Positions 39,819-48,609 of a DNA stretch of 64,000 bases are shown piece by piece (within the stretch, counting starts at the first letter, position 1; every line of letters starts with the position of its first letter). A program made the position numbers and the translations under genes. The notes beneath the pieces are model-generated. The model made no database searches, was not told where the DNA came from, and saw only the letters and a list, made by a program, of their open reading frames with translations. The stretch is from Candidatus Multivorans sp. GTDB lineage: Bacteria; Acidobacteriota; Thermoanaerobaculia; Multivoradales; Multivoraceae. Location of the stretch: positions 3,712,001-3,776,000 of the forward strand of contig OZ245033.1 in assembly GCA_965224025.1 (NCBI GenBank), in the 5' to 3' direction.

Positions 39819-41015
39819 TCACTCGTCAACAACACGCAGGGTCATGCAGGTCAGGTCGTCGAACTGCGGCGCCTCGCCGGCGAACTCGCTCACCGCCTGC
39901 AGGATCATCTCCGCGGCTTTCCGGGCACTCCGGGTCTTGCCGTCCTCAAACAACGCCCGTACGGCTTCCAGGCCGAACTCCTCGTTCGATGTATTGATCG
40001 CCTCGGTCACACCGTCGGTGAAGAAGACGACCATGTCGCCCCGCTTGAGTTGAACGCTGGCCTGGCCGTACTTGCATTGCGGGATCGCCCCCAGGGCAAT
40101 ACCGCCGGTCAGTTCGAGCTCCTCGGAGCTGCCGTCGGCGTGAACCACGAGAGGAGGGTTGTGGCCGCCGTTGGAGAACGTCAGCACCCTGGTCGATGGG
40201 TCGTACACGCCGTAGAAGACGGTCACGAACATCGCGGCGTCGTTCGTTTCGTTCAGCAGATCGTTCACTTCACCGAGGACCAGGGCCGGATCGCCGACGC
40301 CGACCGCCGCGCCCTTGAGCAGGGTGCGGCTCGACATCATGAACAGAGCCGCGGGAACGCCCTTGTCCGAGACGTCGGCGACCGCGAGCCCGAGGCGGCC
40401 CCCTTCGAGCCTGATCACGTCGAAGAAGTCGCCGCCGACATTGCGGGCCGCCTCCATGCAGCCGTACACGTCGCAACCGTCGACGTGGGGGAACTTGTCC
40501 GGCAGGATCGATTGCTGGATCTTGTTCGCCACGTCCAGCTCGTTCTGCAGCGCCACCAGCTTGTCCCTCGACGCCAGGGCGGCGCGCCACTCGTCCAGGT
40601 GCCTGAGTGTCCGCTCGATCGTGACCTCCAGATCCGTGAAGTCGATCGGCTTGGTGACGAAATCGAACGCGCCGCGGTTCATCGCCGTGCGGATGTTCTC
40701 CATGTCGCCGTACGCCGACACGATGACGGAGCGGATGTCCGGGTCGATCCGCGGGATCCGCTGCAGCAGGCTCAGACCGTCCATCTTCGGCATGTTGATG
40801 TCCGAGAGGACGATGTCGATGTCCCTGTTCTCGGCGAGTTTATCGAGCGCATCGAGACCGTTGCCGGCGAACTCGAAGCCGTACCGGCCCGAGCGGATGT
40901 GACGACGCATGCGCTGCCTGACGAGCCGTTCCAGGTCCGGCTCGTCGTCGACGACCAGGATCATGTAGTCGGGATTGGCCGAACGTGCGGCGCGGTCACT
41001 CGATCTGTCGGACAT
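39819..41015 (-). CDS. Response regulator receiver plus PP2C/SpoIIE phosphatase (RsbU-like)
   Basis: ILVVDDE..SDINMPKMDG..KP receiver; VGGDFFD, ADVSDKG, FTDGVTEA and DDLT motifs. Confidence 0.93.
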   Translation of the reverse strand: MSDRSSDRAARSANPDYMILVVDDEPDLERLVRQRMRRHIRSGRYGFEFAGNGLDALDKLAENRDIDIVLSDINMPKMDGLSLLQRIPRIDPDIRSVIVSAYGDMENIRTAMNRGAFDFVTKPIDFTDLEVTIERTLRHLDEWRAALASRDKLVALQNELDVANKIQQSILPDKFPHVDGCDVYGCMEAARNVGGDFFDVIRLEGGRLGLAVADVSDKGVPAALFMMSSRTLLKGAAVGVGDPALVLGEVNDLLNETNDAAMFVTVFYGVYDPSTRVLTFSNGGHNPPLVVHADGSSEELELTGGIALGAIPQCKYGQASVQLKRGDMVVFFTDGVTEAINTSNEEFGLEAVRALFEDGKTRSARKAAEMILQAVSEFAGEAPQFDDLTCMTLRVVDE

Positions 41016-41034
41016 GCAGCGATGCCGGGACGAC

Positions 41035-41373
41035 CTACTTTCCGGCCGCGGCCAGCGCGTCGGCCTGAGTGTCGTAAACCTGGATGATGCGGTTGAAGCC
41101 GCTGATTTCGAAGACCGATTGAACAGGGTCGGACAGCGAGCACAGGGAGATACTCACGTTGCGCTGCCCCAAGGTCTTGGCCACCAGAAGAACGACCCTC
41201 AAACCGGCGCTGCTGATGTAGGCGAGCTGAGCGAGGTCCATCACAACGGCCCCGATGTCGTCGCCGATGGCCGCCTGCAACTGACGCTCGAAGTCTTGAG
41301 AGTTCGAACTGTCTACGCGACCCTCGACCTTCGCCACAAGAACCCCGTCGAGATGCTCAGCCTGGACGTTCAT
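41035..41373 (-). CDS. STAS domain anti-sigma factor antagonist (RsbV-like)
   Basis: GRVDS, YISSAGLRV phosphorylation motif, VFEISGF. Confidence 0.92.
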   Translation of the reverse strand: MNVQAEHLDGVLVAKVEGRVDSSNSQDFERQLQAAIGDDIGAVVMDLAQLAYISSAGLRVVLLVAKTLGQRNVSISLCSLSDPVQSVFEISGFNRIIQVYDTQADALAAAGK

Positions 41374-41409
41374 CCTCTCTGCCTCCTGTTCCTTCCGCTC
41401 ACAGTATCG

Positions 41410-41900
41410 TCACGGTCCAAGAGGACCGACAGCATTCACTATCACATCGACCTCGATCTCCGCATCCCCGCTGCCTTGAAACGCTCCACTCGTCGGCGAC
41501 ACGCCGGCGTAGTCCCGCCCGGTGGCCACGCGGATGTGGCGCCCGTCGCTGAATGCCGCGCTGGTCGGGCCGAAGCCGACCCAACCCGCCCCGGGCAACC
41601 TGCATTCGACCCAGGCGTGACTGCCGGTCGCCACCGTCTGCTCGCCCGGGCTGCCGGTGGCGTGCAGGTAGCCGGATACGTAGCGGGACGGAACGCCCCA
41701 GGGACGGGCGATGGCAATCATGACGTGGGCGAAGTCCTGACAGGCGCCACGACCGGACGCCGAGACGTGTTCGATCGGAGAATCGGCCGGAGTAGTGCCC
41801 GGTTGGTAGTCGAAGATCGCTGGATCGAAGTCGTAGAAGTCCACGAGCTGCCCTCCGACCGATGCCACATCCCGACCAACTCCGTTCCGAACCCTCGAAG
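41410..41900 (-). pseudogene. Transglutaminase-like family gene remnant
   Basis: GACQDFAH, RYVSGYL, SHAWVE and GRDY motifs; usual GFDPTN reads GFGPTS; no recognisable N-terminal domain or start. Confidence 0.7.
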
Positions 41901-42051
41901 TTCTCGTCGAATCCACACCAGCGCCGGAATCGTCGTGTCGACTCGGTTCGCTTGGACGTTCCGGGCGCCCGCCCCGTATGATCCTGTGAGGCCCGACGAA
42001 GCGACACGCACGCGCGGCCGAACCAACGGACACACTCAAGGAGCACGAAGA

Positions 42052-42636
42052 ATGACTGGAGCGCGCTCCCATTCCCGCGAAGGCGGATTCACACTGATCG
42101 AACTGCTGATCGTCGTGGCGATCATCGGCATCATCTCCGCGTTGCTGGTGCCGAACCTCATGACCGGACTTCAGAACGCGAACCAGACGCGGACCCAGGC
42201 CGACATGAAGAGCGTCGGCACCGCCTGGATGCAGTGGCTCACCGACCAGGTCAGTGCCGCCGCGGCCGGATCGAGCACAACCGCCACCTTCACCTGGAGC
42301 GAGTTCACCTACCCCGATTTCGCCCATGCCGACCTGTCCGGCCTGCTCAGACCGTCGAACTCTTTCTTCTATATGCAGGACGTGCCGGAACGCGACGGCT
42401 GGAACCACCCCTACCGGTACGGTTTCGCGGGTTCGGACAAGCTGCTCGGCATCCAGGTGATCGGCATCTGGAGCGGCGGCCGCGACGGCTCGGCTACCGC
42501 GCAACCGGAGTCCAGCTACGAGATCGGCGCCTTCCCGGGCACCGACTTCAACCAGGATCTGGTCTGGGCCGACGGCTACTGGGTGCGGTGGCCCGGCAGC
42601 GCGGCGGAGGCCGCCGCCCAGGAAGGGACCGACTAG
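42052..42636 (+). CDS. Prepilin-type protein, GspG/PulG-like pseudopilin
   Basis: GGFTLIELLIVVAIIGII cleavage/methylation motif; DGWNHPYRY and SGGRDG; AAGGAG RBS. Confidence 0.88.
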   Translation: MTGARSHSREGGFTLIELLIVVAIIGIISALLVPNLMTGLQNANQTRTQADMKSVGTAWMQWLTDQVSAAAAGSSTTATFTWSEFTYPDFAHADLSGLLRPSNSFFYMQDVPERDGWNHPYRYGFAGSDKLLGIQVIGIWSGGRDGSATAQPESSYEIGAFPGTDFNQDLVWADGYWVRWPGSAAEAAAQEGTD

Positions 42637-42688
42637 TCCCCGCCTTGCTCTTGGTACGCGGCTCCGGCCCGGCCGGCGCCGCCACAGA

Positions 42689-43564
42689 TCAGATTTGGGA
42701 GAAGGCGGTCGGCCGGAGGAAGACGTTCTCGATCCCCGAGACGGTGCCCTTGTACATCTCCATGTCCCGCATCCGCACCCACTCCGGGTGCGCGAGGAAG
42801 GCCTGCCAGTGCTCCCCGTGCGATTCCATGTCGGGCGCCGACAGGATGTAGACGAGGGCCGGCACGTTGGCGCCGATCAGGAGTTCGCCGTACAGGAGCG
42901 GCGTCATGTCCACGTCCCGCATGATGTCGATCTCGCCGTTGTCGAACATGTGGACCTTGCGGCGGGCGGTGTCCTCGTTGTGGCTCTCGTACAGGCGGAG
43001 CTCGAAGATACGGTCCTCCCCGGCCGCGGTCTGGGGCGGCAGCTCCATCACCGGCATGCCCTTGAACGCACGCAGGAACCAGCTCTCGACCCGATCGTAG
43101 ACCGGCGCCCGGACCGGCGTGGCGTACATGGGCGCCGCCGCCTCCAGGTAGGCCGCGTCGGCCTCCAGCGTTGACTTCATGCCCACGAAGTCCTCGACGC
43201 TCGGGAAGCCGATGATCGCCCACAGGGACATCGCGTCCACGGGATCGAGGGGCTCTTCCCCTTCCGGCGGCGGTTCGACGCCGAACACGCCGACACGGGC
43301 GATGCCGGCGCGGTTGAGCGCGGGCACCAGGGCGTTCTCCAGGTAGGCGAGGACGGTCTGCCGGCCGCCCTCGTCGGCCAGGCGGTAGCGGCGGATCTCG
43401 TAGTACTCGCGGCCAGGCTCGCTGGGCTCCGCCGCCTGCTCGCCCTCCGAGTCCCCCTCGGGGACGGCTGCCGGCCCACGGGCGAGGACCAGCGCGGCAA
43501 CTACCGCGACCAGTGAGACGAACCGAAGGCGCCCTCGTGGCTGGATCATCGACATGGTTTCCAC
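42689..43564 (-). CDS. NIPSNAP family protein (exported, tandem domains)
   Basis: YYEIRRY and IFELRLYES repeats, KVHMFDNGEI, WQAFLAHPEW, LRPTAFSQI. Confidence 0.85.
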   Translation of the reverse strand: METMSMIQPRGRLRFVSLVAVVAALVLARGPAAVPEGDSEGEQAAEPSEPGREYYEIRRYRLADEGGRQTVLAYLENALVPALNRAGIARVGVFGVEPPPEGEEPLDPVDAMSLWAIIGFPSVEDFVGMKSTLEADAAYLEAAAPMYATPVRAPVYDRVESWFLRAFKGMPVMELPPQTAAGEDRIFELRLYESHNEDTARRKVHMFDNGEIDIMRDVDMTPLLYGELLIGANVPALVYILSAPDMESHGEHWQAFLAHPEWVRMRDMEMYKGTVSGIENVFLRPTAFSQI

Positions 43565-43640
43565 CTACCTTGCATGACAAACCCTCTTTCCTGTGCGTCA
43601 GCGCGGCGCGGACGCCGCGACTCGACTCCCGAGCCTTCGC

Positions 43641-44573
43641 TCACTCCCTGGCCAGCAGCCAGGCACGCATCGTGTTCGAAACCAGATCCGCGGCTTCCAA
43701 CTGGACCCAGTGGCCCACCGTCGGAACCGTGACCAGCGTGTAGTCGCGGTCGATCCAGTCCCACGTGTTCTTCAAACCGTCCTTGTCCACCGCCGTGTCC
43801 TTCAGGCCGTGGAACTGGAGCACGGACATCTGCAGGTTCGGCATCTCGCCGCCGCCGGCAACCTGACCGTAGTTCGCCCGGTAGTAGTTCAGCATGCCGT
43901 CCCAGTAGGAACGCGCGAAGGCTTCCCGATAGTGCCCGGCCACCTTCTCGCCCTCACTCGCGTACCGGTTGAGCAGACGTTCCGGCACCGGGCTGCCGTC
44001 CGGCGGGGACGTCGCGAAGTTCCGGGCGTACTGGGTGTTCTGCCGCTGCGCCTCGGTGGCGTTCGCGATCACGTTGCCGTAGCCCCTGGGATGGGTCAGG
44101 TTGAGGATCACCAAGCGCTCGATCTGCTCCGGATTCGCCATGGCGTAGCGCCAGGCGATGGCCCCGCCCCAGTCGTGGCCCACCAAGGTCACCGGCGCGC
44201 CGAGATCCTCGATCACGGCCGCCACGTCGCCCAGGATCAACGGCATCCGGTAGTCCTCGACCCGCTTCGGCTGACCGCTCCGGTTGTAGCCCCGCAGATC
44301 CATCGCCGCGGTGCGGAACTCGCCCTCGAGGGCAGCCATCTGATGACGCCAGGAGTACCAGAGGTCCGGGAAGCCGTGGAGGAACAGGACCGGCTTGCCC
44401 TCGCCCAGAGTGACGTAGTGGATGTCGATCTCGCCGCTCTTCGTCGCGTGGTGCTCGACGCGGTCCCACACGTCGGCGTTCGAGTCGTCGGCGCCGAGCG
44501 AGGCCGGGACGACAGCGACGGCGAGCAGCAGCCCCGCCAGGGAAACCGAACGAAGCCTGCCCGCGATACGCAT
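43641..44573 (-). CDS. Alpha/beta hydrolase (epoxide hydrolase-like), exported
   Basis: HGFPD, DLRGYNRS, GHDWGG nucleophile Asp, LNYYRA and GHWV motifs. Confidence 0.9.
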   Translation of the reverse strand: MRIAGRLRSVSLAGLLLAVAVVPASLGADDSNADVWDRVEHHATKSGEIDIHYVTLGEGKPVLFLHGFPDLWYSWRHQMAALEGEFRTAAMDLRGYNRSGQPKRVEDYRMPLILGDVAAVIEDLGAPVTLVGHDWGGAIAWRYAMANPEQIERLVILNLTHPRGYGNVIANATEAQRQNTQYARNFATSPPDGSPVPERLLNRYASEGEKVAGHYREAFARSYWDGMLNYYRANYGQVAGGGEMPNLQMSVLQFHGLKDTAVDKDGLKNTWDWIDRDYTLVTVPTVGHWVQLEAADLVSNTMRAWLLARE

Positions 44574-44765
44574 TTCAGCTTGCCTCCAAAGAATGAAGCC
44601 GTCATCGTAGCAGCGGCTTCCAGGCCGTCCCGGGCAATCAACCGGGCGTCCCGAACTATGATGGCATGATCGAGCCGACGCGCAGCCCCGGACAACCGGC
44701 GCCCGCGCCACTCTGACGGTCAAGCTCTACGACCGCCAACGACCAACCGGAGACCTTCCCAACCC

Positions 44766-46019
44766 ATGAAGAAACAGCATCTCTGCGTGGCCGCCGCCGC
44801 GCTCGCTCTGGCCGCCTGCGCCGAACAGGACGGGCCCCTCCACCCCGGCGCCAACGACCACAAGACGTTGCAGGAGGCCCTGCTTGTCGCCGAGCCCGGT
44901 GCGGTCATCGAACTCGGCGCGGGCCGTTTCGAGCTCGACGCCACCCTGTCCCTCGACGTCGAGGGCGTGACGCTGCGCGGCCAGGGCATGGACGAGACGA
45001 TCCTGGACTTCGCCGGTCAGGCGCCGGGCACCGGCGGCGAGGGGGTCCTGGTGACGGCCGACGACTTCACGGTCGAGAACCTCGCGGTCGAAAACACGCG
45101 CGGCGACGGCATCAAGGTCGAGGGCACCACCGGCGCCGCCTTCCGCGGCGTGCGCATCGAGTGGACGAACGGACCGGACACGAACAACGGCGCCTACGGC
45201 CTCTACCCGGTCCAGGTGACGAACGTCCTGATCGAGGACAGCCGCGTTCGCGGCGCCTCGGACGCCGGCATCTACGTCGGCCAGTCCGCCAACGTCGTCG
45301 TCCGGCGCAACGAGGTCTGGGAGAACGTGGCCGGCATCGAGATCGAGAACACCACCGGCGCGGACGTCTACGAGAACCGGGCCCACGGCAACACCGGCGG
45401 CCTGCTCGTCTTCTCCCTGCCCGAGCTTCCGGTCAAGGACGGCCGCGACGCGCGCGTCTACGACAACGAGATCGCTGACAACAACCTGCCCAACTTCGGC
45501 AAGGAGGGAGCGATCGTATCCACGATTCCGGCCGGCTCGGGCGTCATCGTCATGGCCAGCGACAACGTCGAACTGTTCGGAAACCGGATCCACAACAACC
45601 AGAACTCGAACCTGGCGGTGATCTCGTACCTCTCCACCGGGCGCACCTACAACGACCCCGGCTACGACCCCTACACCGAAGGCGTCTACATCCACGACAA
45701 CGACTTCGTCGGCGGCGGGGAGAGCCCGAACGGCGCCTTCGCCGACGCGTTCGTCGCCCTCGCCGGAGGCGCCTTCCCGGACATCGTCTGGGACGGTGTC
45801 GTGAACCCCGACAAGCTGGTCGACGGCGCGGTTCCGGACGAACTCCGCCTCTACATCCAGAACAACGGGGACGCGGACTTCGTGAACCTTGATCTCGGAT
45901 CCGTGTTCGCGGGCGGTCAGCCGAACGTGACCACCGATCTCGACCCCTACCAGGGGGCGCTGCCGGCGGTTCCGCAGCCTGTGGATCTCGGCGTCGCGAC
46001 GGGCGCCGGCAGTCCCTGA
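44766..46019 (+). CDS. Parallel beta-helix repeat lipoprotein (partner of SO2930-family cytochrome)
   Basis: Lipobox LAAC; NGAYGLYPV, GASDAGIYVGQS, NVAGIEIEN and NTGGLLVF repeats. Confidence 0.88.
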   Translation: MKKQHLCVAAAALALAACAEQDGPLHPGANDHKTLQEALLVAEPGAVIELGAGRFELDATLSLDVEGVTLRGQGMDETILDFAGQAPGTGGEGVLVTADDFTVENLAVENTRGDGIKVEGTTGAAFRGVRIEWTNGPDTNNGAYGLYPVQVTNVLIEDSRVRGASDAGIYVGQSANVVVRRNEVWENVAGIEIENTTGADVYENRAHGNTGGLLVFSLPELPVKDGRDARVYDNEIADNNLPNFGKEGAIVSTIPAGSGVIVMASDNVELFGNRIHNNQNSNLAVISYLSTGRTYNDPGYDPYTEGVYIHDNDFVGGGESPNGAFADAFVALAGGAFPDIVWDGVVNPDKLVDGAVPDELRLYIQNNGDADFVNLDLGSVFAGGQPNVTTDLDPYQGALPAVPQPVDLGVATGAGSP

Positions 46020-47122
46020 TGAAGGCGCGGCTCGTACCGGCGGTCGCCCTGCTGGCGGCCTCCGGCTGTTCGAGCGGTGATTCTCCGACCGGAGGCGGCC
46101 CATTCGACCGCTATCCGCGGACGCTGTCGGCCTGGGAGCTCTTCGCGGGCGACGGTTCGACCCAGACGCCTGCCCCTGGGGTCGAACCGTACGACCTGAA
46201 CACGCCTCTCTTCTCCGACTACACGCTGAAGTTCCGCTTCGTCCGGCTCCCCACGTCCGCGGACGGCGCCCTTCAGCCCGCCCGGTACCGCGCGGCGGGA
46301 CCGTTCGAGTTTCCCGTTGGCACGATGATCGCCAAGACCTTCGCCTACCCCGCCGACCTCCGCGCTCCGACCGCGAACGTGCGGCTGCTCGAGACCCGGC
46401 TGCTCATTCACGAAGAAAACGGCTGGGTGGGCCTTCCCTACATCTGGAACGAGGAGCAGACCGAAGCGGAACTCGTGATCGTCGGCGGTCCGCTCGACGT
46501 CTCTTGGGTTGACGGCAGCGGCCGGACAGTCGAACACACTTACCGGGTGCCGAACACGAACCAGTGCAAGACCTGTCACCGCACGGACGGCGAGCACGTG
46601 CTGCCGATCGGGCCGCGCGCCGGCCAGTTGAACCGAGAGTTCGTCTATGCCGCCGGCGGCGGCGGGCCCGGACGCGCCGAGAATCAACTCGCCCGCTGGC
46701 AGCGCATCGGCTTCCTCGAGGGCGTCCCGACGCCGGCCGAGGCCCCCCGGGCGCCGGTCTGGAATGAGCCTTCGACCGGCAGCGTCGGCGAGCGCGCCCG
46801 CACCTGGCTCGACATCAACTGCGCGCACTGCCACAACCTCACGGGAAGCGGACGCACGTCGGGACTCGACCTGCGCGCGGCGCACGAGGACCGGACCCGG
46901 CTCGGCGTCTACAAGCATCCGGTCGCGGCCGGCCAGGGCACCGGCGACCGCCTCTACGGCGTCGTGCCCGGCCGTCCGGACGAATCGATCCTGGTCTACC
47001 GGCTCGAGTCGGTACACCCCGGCGTGATGATGCCGGAGCTCGGCCGCGGGCTCGTCGATGTCGAGGCCGTCGCCCTCATCCGCGAATGGATTCAGGGGAT
47101 GGCGGCCCGAACCGAAGCCTGA
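46019..47122 (+). CDS. SO2930-family diheme c-type cytochrome lipoprotein
   Basis: Lipobox ASGC; YDLNTPLFSDYTLKFRF, FPVGT..AKTF, ETRLL; CKTCH and CAHCH; MMPELGR; TGATG coupling. Confidence 0.88.
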   Translation: MKARLVPAVALLAASGCSSGDSPTGGGPFDRYPRTLSAWELFAGDGSTQTPAPGVEPYDLNTPLFSDYTLKFRFVRLPTSADGALQPARYRAAGPFEFPVGTMIAKTFAYPADLRAPTANVRLLETRLLIHEENGWVGLPYIWNEEQTEAELVIVGGPLDVSWVDGSGRTVEHTYRVPNTNQCKTCHRTDGEHVLPIGPRAGQLNREFVYAAGGGGPGRAENQLARWQRIGFLEGVPTPAEAPRAPVWNEPSTGSVGERARTWLDINCAHCHNLTGSGRTSGLDLRAAHEDRTRLGVYKHPVAAGQGTGDRLYGVVPGRPDESILVYRLESVHPGVMMPELGRGLVDVEAVALIREWIQGMAARTEA

Positions 47123-47127
47123 CCGCA

Positions 47128-47186
47128 CCCGGAAACCCGGGTGGCTCGATCCGCCCTGGGAACGCGGGCGTCTCGCCCGCATCCGG
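47128..47186 (-). repeat. REP-like repeat family A, short copy lacking the central hairpin
   Basis: Reverse complement reads CGGATGCGGGCGAGACGCCCGCGTTCCCAGG..CCACCCGGG; between convergent genes. Confidence 0.65.
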
Positions 47187-47194
47187 GCCCGCCG

Positions 47195-47851
47195 CTACTC
47201 CGCCAGGATCTGCCGCGTGCGGTGGAAGACCTCGTCGAGGCCAACCTCGTCCGAACCGTAGTACCCGCGGACGCCGCCGGCCCGGTCCACCAGAACCAGC
47301 CGCGCCGCGTGCGCCACGTCGACCAGTCCGCCGGCAAGGTCGATGCGCTCGCCCATGGGCAGGGCGAACCCGTCCACCACGACCGAGCGCACGTCCTGCC
47401 GATCGCCGGTCACCAGGCGCCAACGCTCCAGGTCGAGGCCGCGGCGCCCGGCGTAGTCCCGCAGACGTTCCGGCGTATCGTGTTCCGGATCGACCGAGAA
47501 GCTGACCAGCCGAACGCCCTCGACGCCCTCCTCCCGGTAGCGGCGTTCCAACCGGCTGACTTCCGCGGTCAGCCGGGGGCAGACCGTCGCGCAGCGCGTG
47601 AACACGAAGGAGGCAACGTAGACCTCGCCCGCAAGATCGCCGCTGCCGAAGGCATCGCCGTTCTGGTCCACGAGCCGCCACTCGGGCAACTGCCGCAGAA
47701 CCGGCGGCGGATCCGGCTCGATACGGAGCAGGGGCCGCAGCGCCGGGATGAGCACCACACCCGCGAGCGCCGCCAGAAACCAGGGATTCAGGAACCGGCG
47801 ACGGGGAGGAATCCCCGCTTCGTCCGACCTCTTCGAACCCTCTCCCGACAC
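47195..47851 (-). CDS. Sco/SenC family copper chaperone
   Basis: N-terminal TM; FVFTRCATVCP (CxxxC), SVDPEHDTPERL and conserved His (VAHAA). Confidence 0.92.
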   Translation of the reverse strand: MSGEGSKRSDEAGIPPRRRFLNPWFLAALAGVVLIPALRPLLRIEPDPPPVLRQLPEWRLVDQNGDAFGSGDLAGEVYVASFVFTRCATVCPRLTAEVSRLERRYREEGVEGVRLVSFSVDPEHDTPERLRDYAGRRGLDLERWRLVTGDRQDVRSVVVDGFALPMGERIDLAGGLVDVAHAARLVLVDRAGGVRGYYGSDEVGLDEVFHRTRQILAE

Positions 47852-47878
47852 GCCCCGACACTATCTCGGCTCGATCCT

Positions 47879-47907
47879 TTGACCGCCTCGGTAGCACGCT
47901 ATACACT
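47879..47907 (+). promoter_or_regulatory. Putative sigma70 promoter for the actA operon
   Basis: TTGACC-N17-TACACT ending 54 nt upstream of the actA TTG. Confidence 0.55.
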
Positions 47908-47961
47908 CCGCGCGATCTCGGATCGCGCAGGGTTTCCTACCCTGCTGCGGGGTTCGGAGTT

Positions 47962-48609
47962 TTGGCTCAGATCTTCCCCAAGTGGACTCTCAAGGCGCCG
48001 CTGTACTTGGCGGCCGCTCTGCCGATCGCGGGGGCCGCGGCGGTGGGCGCCGTCTGGTACTACGGTTCGCCCGAGTACACCGACGTCGGTTACCGGCCGG
48101 CTCAACCCGTGCCCTACAGCCACAAGCTCCACGTCGGCGAGCTCGGCCTCGACTGCCGGTACTGCCACGCCTCGGTCGAGGAGTCGGCGGTGTCCAGCAT
48201 TCCGCCCACCCAGGTGTGCATGAACTGCCACCACGTCGCGGCGCGCGAGAGCGAACTCCTGGCGCCGATCCGCAAGAGCGCGGCGCAGGGCCGGCCGATG
48301 CGCTGGGTGCGCGTTCACAACCTGCCCGACTACGCGTTCTTCAATCACAGCGTCCATGTCGGCGCCGGCGTCGGCTGCAGATCCTGCCACGGTCCCGTCC
48401 ATGAGATGGAGGTCGTGACCCAGGTGGAGCCCCTGAGCATGAGCTGGTGCCTCGACTGCCACCGCGACCCTGGCCCGAATCTGCGGCCGCTCGACGCCGT
48501 CACCGACATGGAGTGGACGCCGACCGGCGATCACGAAGCCTTCGCAGAGCAGGCGATTGCGGAACGGGCGCTGGCGCCGCCCGAGGACTGTACGGGGTGC
48601 CATCGATGA
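47962..48609 (+). CDS. actA: Alternative complex III pentaheme cytochrome c subunit
   Basis: N-terminal TM; PAQPVPYSHKLH; CRYCH, CMNCH, CRSCH, CLDCH, CTGCH; WVRVHNLPDYAFFNHS. Confidence 0.92.
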   Translation: MAQIFPKWTLKAPLYLAAALPIAGAAAVGAVWYYGSPEYTDVGYRPAQPVPYSHKLHVGELGLDCRYCHASVEESAVSSIPPTQVCMNCHHVAARESELLAPIRKSAAQGRPMRWVRVHNLPDYAFFNHSVHVGAGVGCRSCHGPVHEMEVVTQVEPLSMSWCLDCHRDPGPNLRPLDAVTDMEWTPTGDHEAFAEQAIAERALAPPEDCTGCHR

